Under the pieces are notes generated by a model. The model saw nothing but the letters and a program-made list of their open reading frames with translations. It was not told the DNA's origin and searched no databases. 64,000 bases of DNA from Mayamaea pseudoterrestris. Lineage: Eukaryota. The DNA lies in assembly GCA_027923505.1 (NCBI GenBank), contig BROI01000026.1, forward strand, positions 310,001-374,000, in the 5' to 3' direction. Each line of letters opens with the position of its first letter. Within the stretch, counting starts at the first letter, position 1. The position numbers and the translations under genes are program-made. Below, piece by piece: positions 60,301 to 64,000 of this stretch.

Positions 60301-62287
60301 GGCTGCGCTACAAGATGGTAGGCTTGGCTGGTGTCTCAGGGGATGGCAATGTATTTGGTGACAACTTGTCACCAGTCTCAGCCCGCAGATGCCGTGACAT
60401 TCAAACGCCCCTACAGCAAGCCCTGTAGGTGCCCAAAATACACCAGAATGGTGCCAACATCATTATTCAGGCTGCGCTACAAGATGGTAGGCTTGGCTGG
60501 TGTCAGACATTGCGGATGACATCTTGTCCGAGTCTCAGCCCGACCAGCCCTCCAAGGCATGGCCAATGTATTTTGGGGACGGGTACTTGTCACCAGTCTC
60601 AGCCCCCAGATGCCGTGACATTCAAATGCCCCCTACAGCAAGCCCTGTAGGTGCCCAAAATACACCAGAATGGTGCCAACATCATTATTCAGGCTGCGCT
60701 ACAAGATGGTAGGCTTGGTTGGTGTCTCAGGGGATGGCAATGTATTTGGTGACAACTTGTCACCAGTCTCAGCCCGCAGATGCCGTGACATTCAAACGCC
60801 CCTACAGCAAGCCCTGTAGGTGCCCAAAATACACCAGAATGGTGCCAACATCATTATTCCGGCTGCGCTACAAGATGGTAGGCTTGGCGGGTGTGTCAGG
60901 GGATGGCAATGTATTTGGTGACAACTTGTCACCAGTCTCAGCCCGCAGATGCCGTGACATTCAAACGCCCCTATACAGCAAGCCCTGTAGATGCCCAAAA
61001 TACACCAGAATGGTGACAACATCCTTATTCCGGCTGCGCTACAAAATGGTAGGCTTGGCTGGTGTCTCAGGGGATGGCAATGTATTTGGTGACAACTTGT
61101 CACCAGTCTCAGCCCGCAGGTGCCTTGACATTCAAACACCCCTACATCAGGTCCTGTAGATGCCCAAAATACACCAGAATGGTGACAACATCCTTATTCC
61201 GGCTGCGCTACAAAATGGTAGGCTTGGCTGGTGTCTCAGGGGATGGCAATGTATTTGGTGACAACTTGTCACCAGTCTCAGCCCGCAGGTGCCTTGACAT
61301 TCAAACACCCCTACATCAGGTCCTGTAGGTGCCCATATTACACCAGACTGGTGCCTACATCATTATTTAGGATGCGCTACAAGATGGTAGGCTTGGTTGG
61401 TGTCTCAGGAGACTGCAATGTGATTGGTGACAACTTGTCACCAGTCTCAGCCCGCAGATGCGGTGACTTTCAAATGCCCCTACAGCAAGCCCTGTAGGTG
61501 CCCAAAATACACCAGAATGGTGCCATCATCATTAGTAAGGCTGCGCTACATGATGGTAAGCTTGGCTGGTATCTCAGGGGATGACAATGTATTTGGTGAC
61601 AACTTGTCACCAGTCTCAGCCTGCAGATGCTGTGACATTCAAACGCCCCCACAGCAAGCCCTGTAGGTGCCCAAAATACACCAGAATGGTGCCAACATCA
61701 TTATGCAGGCTACGCTACAAGATGGTAGGCTTGGCTGGTGTCTCAGGGGATGGCAATGTATTTGGTGACAACTTGTCACCAGTCTCAGCCCACAGATGCT
61801 GAGACATTCAAGCGCCCCTACAGCAAGCCCTGTAGGTGCCCAAAATACACCAGAATGGTGCCAACATCAATATTCAGGCTGCGCTACAAGATGGTAGGCT
61901 TGGCTGGTGTCTCAGGGGATGGCAATGTATTTGGTGACAACTTGTCACCAGTCTCAGCCCGCAGATGCCGTGACATTCAAACGCCCCTACAGCAAGCCCT
62001 GTAGGTGCCCAAAATACACCAGAAGGGTGCCAACATCATTATTCAGGCTGCGCTACAAGATGGTAGGCTTGGCTGGTGTCTCAGGGGATGGCAATGTATT
62101 TGGTGACAACTTGTCACCAGTCTCAGCCCGCAGATGCCATGACATTCAAACGCCCCTACAGCAAGCCCTGTAGATGCCCAAAATACACCGGAATGGTGCC
62201 AACATCATCATTTAGGTTGTGGTAAAAAATGATAGGCTTGGCTGGTGTCTCAGGGGATGGCAATGTATTTGGTGACAACTTGTCACC
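48389..62287. repeat. Satellite A: about 82 tandem 169-bp monomers (about 13.9 kb)
   Basis: Near-identical unit GGCAATGTATTTGGTGACAACTTGTCACCAGTCTCAGCCCGCAGATGCCGTGACATTCAAACGCCCCTACAGCAAGCCCTGTAGGTGCCCAAAATACACCAGAATGG...; repeated ORF starts step by 169 (48538, 48707, 48876, ...). Confidence 0.99.
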
Positions 62288-62362
62288 TGTTCCTGGTAAA
62301 ACAGGAGTAGATACCCTGTATTCCGTGCGACTGTATGTCACACAGCTGCAGCGGCAGCACCC
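62288..62362 (-). repeat. Inverted fragment of satellite B at the A/C junction
   Basis: TTCCTGGTAAAACAGGAGTAGATACCCTGTATTCC...CTGTATGTCACACAGC is the reverse complement of the satellite B segment GTGACATACAG...GAATACAGCGTATCTACTCCTGTTTTGCCAGGAA. Confidence 0.9.
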
Positions 62363-64000
62363 AGGCAGGAAGCAGTGACTTGTTTGAATGATCAATGATG
62401 CACTGAAGCCTCCTTCAGGAAGTGGTGGGAGCCTGGTTGGTGTTTGGCAGTCAACTGGTGTGTTTGTGTTCAAACTGTCTCTGGTGCACTGGCCAGAGCC
62501 TGGCCAGAGCGTGGTGCCTGAATCCATTCTTGGGATGTAGAACTGATGCTTACATATATTTTTGAGCTTCTGCGCATGAATGGATTATTCCAAGTGCTTG
62601 TGGGTGCCAGAGCAGTGGCATATAGCAGAAACAATGGCTAGGCCCATCATTTTATAATTCATAAAACATTGAAATGGAGACTATACCAATCCATGGCGCC
62701 CTTCCACAACCATGGCAGGACACCATTGGCTTGTTTGACTGATCATTGATCCACTGAAGCCTCCTTCAGCAAGTGGTGGAAGCCTGGTTGGTGTTTGGCA
62801 GTCAACTGGTGTGTTTGTTTTAATACAGTTTTTGGAGCATTGGCCAGAGCTTGGCCAGAGCTTGGTGCCTGAAATCAATTCTTGGGATGTAGAACAGTCA
62901 CTAACATTTATATTTTGGGTTTCTGCGCAACAATGAATCATTCCAAGTGCTTGTGGGTGCCAGAGCAAGTGGCATATAGCAGGAACAATGGGTAGGCCCA
63001 TCATTTTATGGTTCATAAAACAATGAAATGGAGACTATATCAATCCATGGCGCCCTTCCACTACCAAAGCAGGACAGCAGTGGCTTGTTTAACTGATCAA
63101 TGATGCACTGAAGCCTCCTTCAGCAAGTGGTGGGAGTCTGGTTGGTGTTTGGCAGTCACCTGGTGCGGTCGTTTTCACACAGTCTCTGGAGCATTGGCCA
63201 GAGCTTGGCCAGAGCTTGGTGCCTGAAATCCAGTATTGGCATGTAGAACAGTCACTAACATTTATATTTCGGGTTTCTGCGCAAGAATGGATCATTCCAA
63301 GTGCTTGTGGGTGCCAGAGCAAGTGGCATATAGCAGGAACAATGGCTAGGCCCATCATTTTATGGTTCATAAAACAATGAAATGGAGACTATACTGTGCC
63401 ATGGCGCCCTTCCAGTAACATAGCAGGACAGCAGTGGCTTGTTTGATTGATTAATGATGCACTGAAGCCTCCTTCCGCAAGTGGTGGAAGCCTGGTTGGT
63501 TTTTGGCAGTCAGCTGGTGTGGTCGTTTTCACACAGTCTCTGGAGCATTGGCCAGAGCTTGGCCAGAGCTTCGTGCCTGAAATCCATTGTTGGGATGTAG
63601 AACAGTCACTAACATTTATATTTTGGGTTTCTGCGCAAGAATGGATCATTCCAAGTGCTTGTGGGTGCCAGAGCAAGTGGCATATAGCAGGAACAATGAA
63701 TAGGCCCATCATTTTATGGTTCATAAAACAATGAAATGGAGACTATATCAATCCATGGCGCCCTTCCACTACCATGGCAGGACAGCATTGGCGTGTTTGA
63801 CTGATCAATGATGCACTGAAGCCTCCTTCAGCAAGTGGTGGGAGCCTGGTTGGTGTTTGGCAGTCACCTGGTGCGGTCGTTTTCACACAGTCTCTGGAGC
63901 ATTGGCCAGAGCTTGGCTTGAGTGTGGTACCTGAAATCCAGTATTGGCATGTAGAACAGTCACTTACATATATGTTTGGGTTTCTGCGCAAGAATGGATT
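62363..64000. repeat. Satellite C: 354-bp tandem repeat, at least 4.6 units, continuing past the window end
   Basis: Anchor GGAGACTATA at 62676, 63030, 63384 and 63738, an exact 354-bp period. Confidence 0.97.

Noticed and set aside
51921..60590. Scrambled monomers (~51921-51990, ~57985-58015, ~60505-60585) and many homopolymer indels mid-array
   Set aside because: The pattern fits long-read consensus error in a repeat better than biology; not interpreted.
48389..62287. Dozens of near-identical 85-88-aa ORFs (MSQGMAMYLVTTCHQ...)
   Set aside because: By-product of the 169-bp period (not a multiple of 3); overlapping frames, mostly non-ATG starts, no domain.
48389..62287. CRISPR-like array (palindromic repeat at regular spacing)
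   Set aside because: The sequence between palindromes is the same in each unit, so there are no unique spacers; no cas genes; eukaryotic context.
45975..64000. Tandem 5S rRNA, snRNA, tRNA or hammerhead-ribozyme satellite
   Set aside because: No recognisable 5S or tRNA sequence and no CUGAnGA/GAAA core found by eye; an Infernal/Rfam scan would be the decisive test.

Overview
Eukaryotic nuclear DNA, most consistent with a diatom or related photosynthetic stramenopile: short GT-AG introns, bipartite signal + 'AF/GF' plastid presequences, a nucleus-encoded sigma-70 factor, and a CoDi-type copia element. 1-38.8 kb is compact, gene-dense sequence with about 17 genes: IST1, two tandem PhoX/DUF839-like phosphatases, fructosamine kinase, an ALYREF/UIF-like UBM-RGG protein, a CCCH zinc-finger protein, a SAM methyltransferase, MRPL47, a sulfotransferase-like protein, RPB2, MND1, a plastid sigma factor, condensin II CAP-G2, a Tat-type lumen protein, CRAL-TRIO, a kinase/pseudokinase fusion and an importin-beta-like protein, plus one hypothetical gene. 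At 38.9-44.9 kb a 3'-truncated Ty1/copia element with a chromodomain-like module marks an abrupt switch to more than 19 kb of gene-free satellite DNA. That block holds inverted degenerate 169-bp units, a ~510-520-bp repeat with internal ~170-bp periodicity, a ~13.9-kb array of ~82 x 169-bp monomers each carrying two dyad symmetries, and a 354-bp repeat running off the window end. The most notable signal is this nucleosome-scaled, palindrome-bounded satellite complex with CpG-transition variants, a candidate centromeric or heterochromatic domain, with a chromodomain retroelement at its border. All calls come from manual reading; no searches were run.
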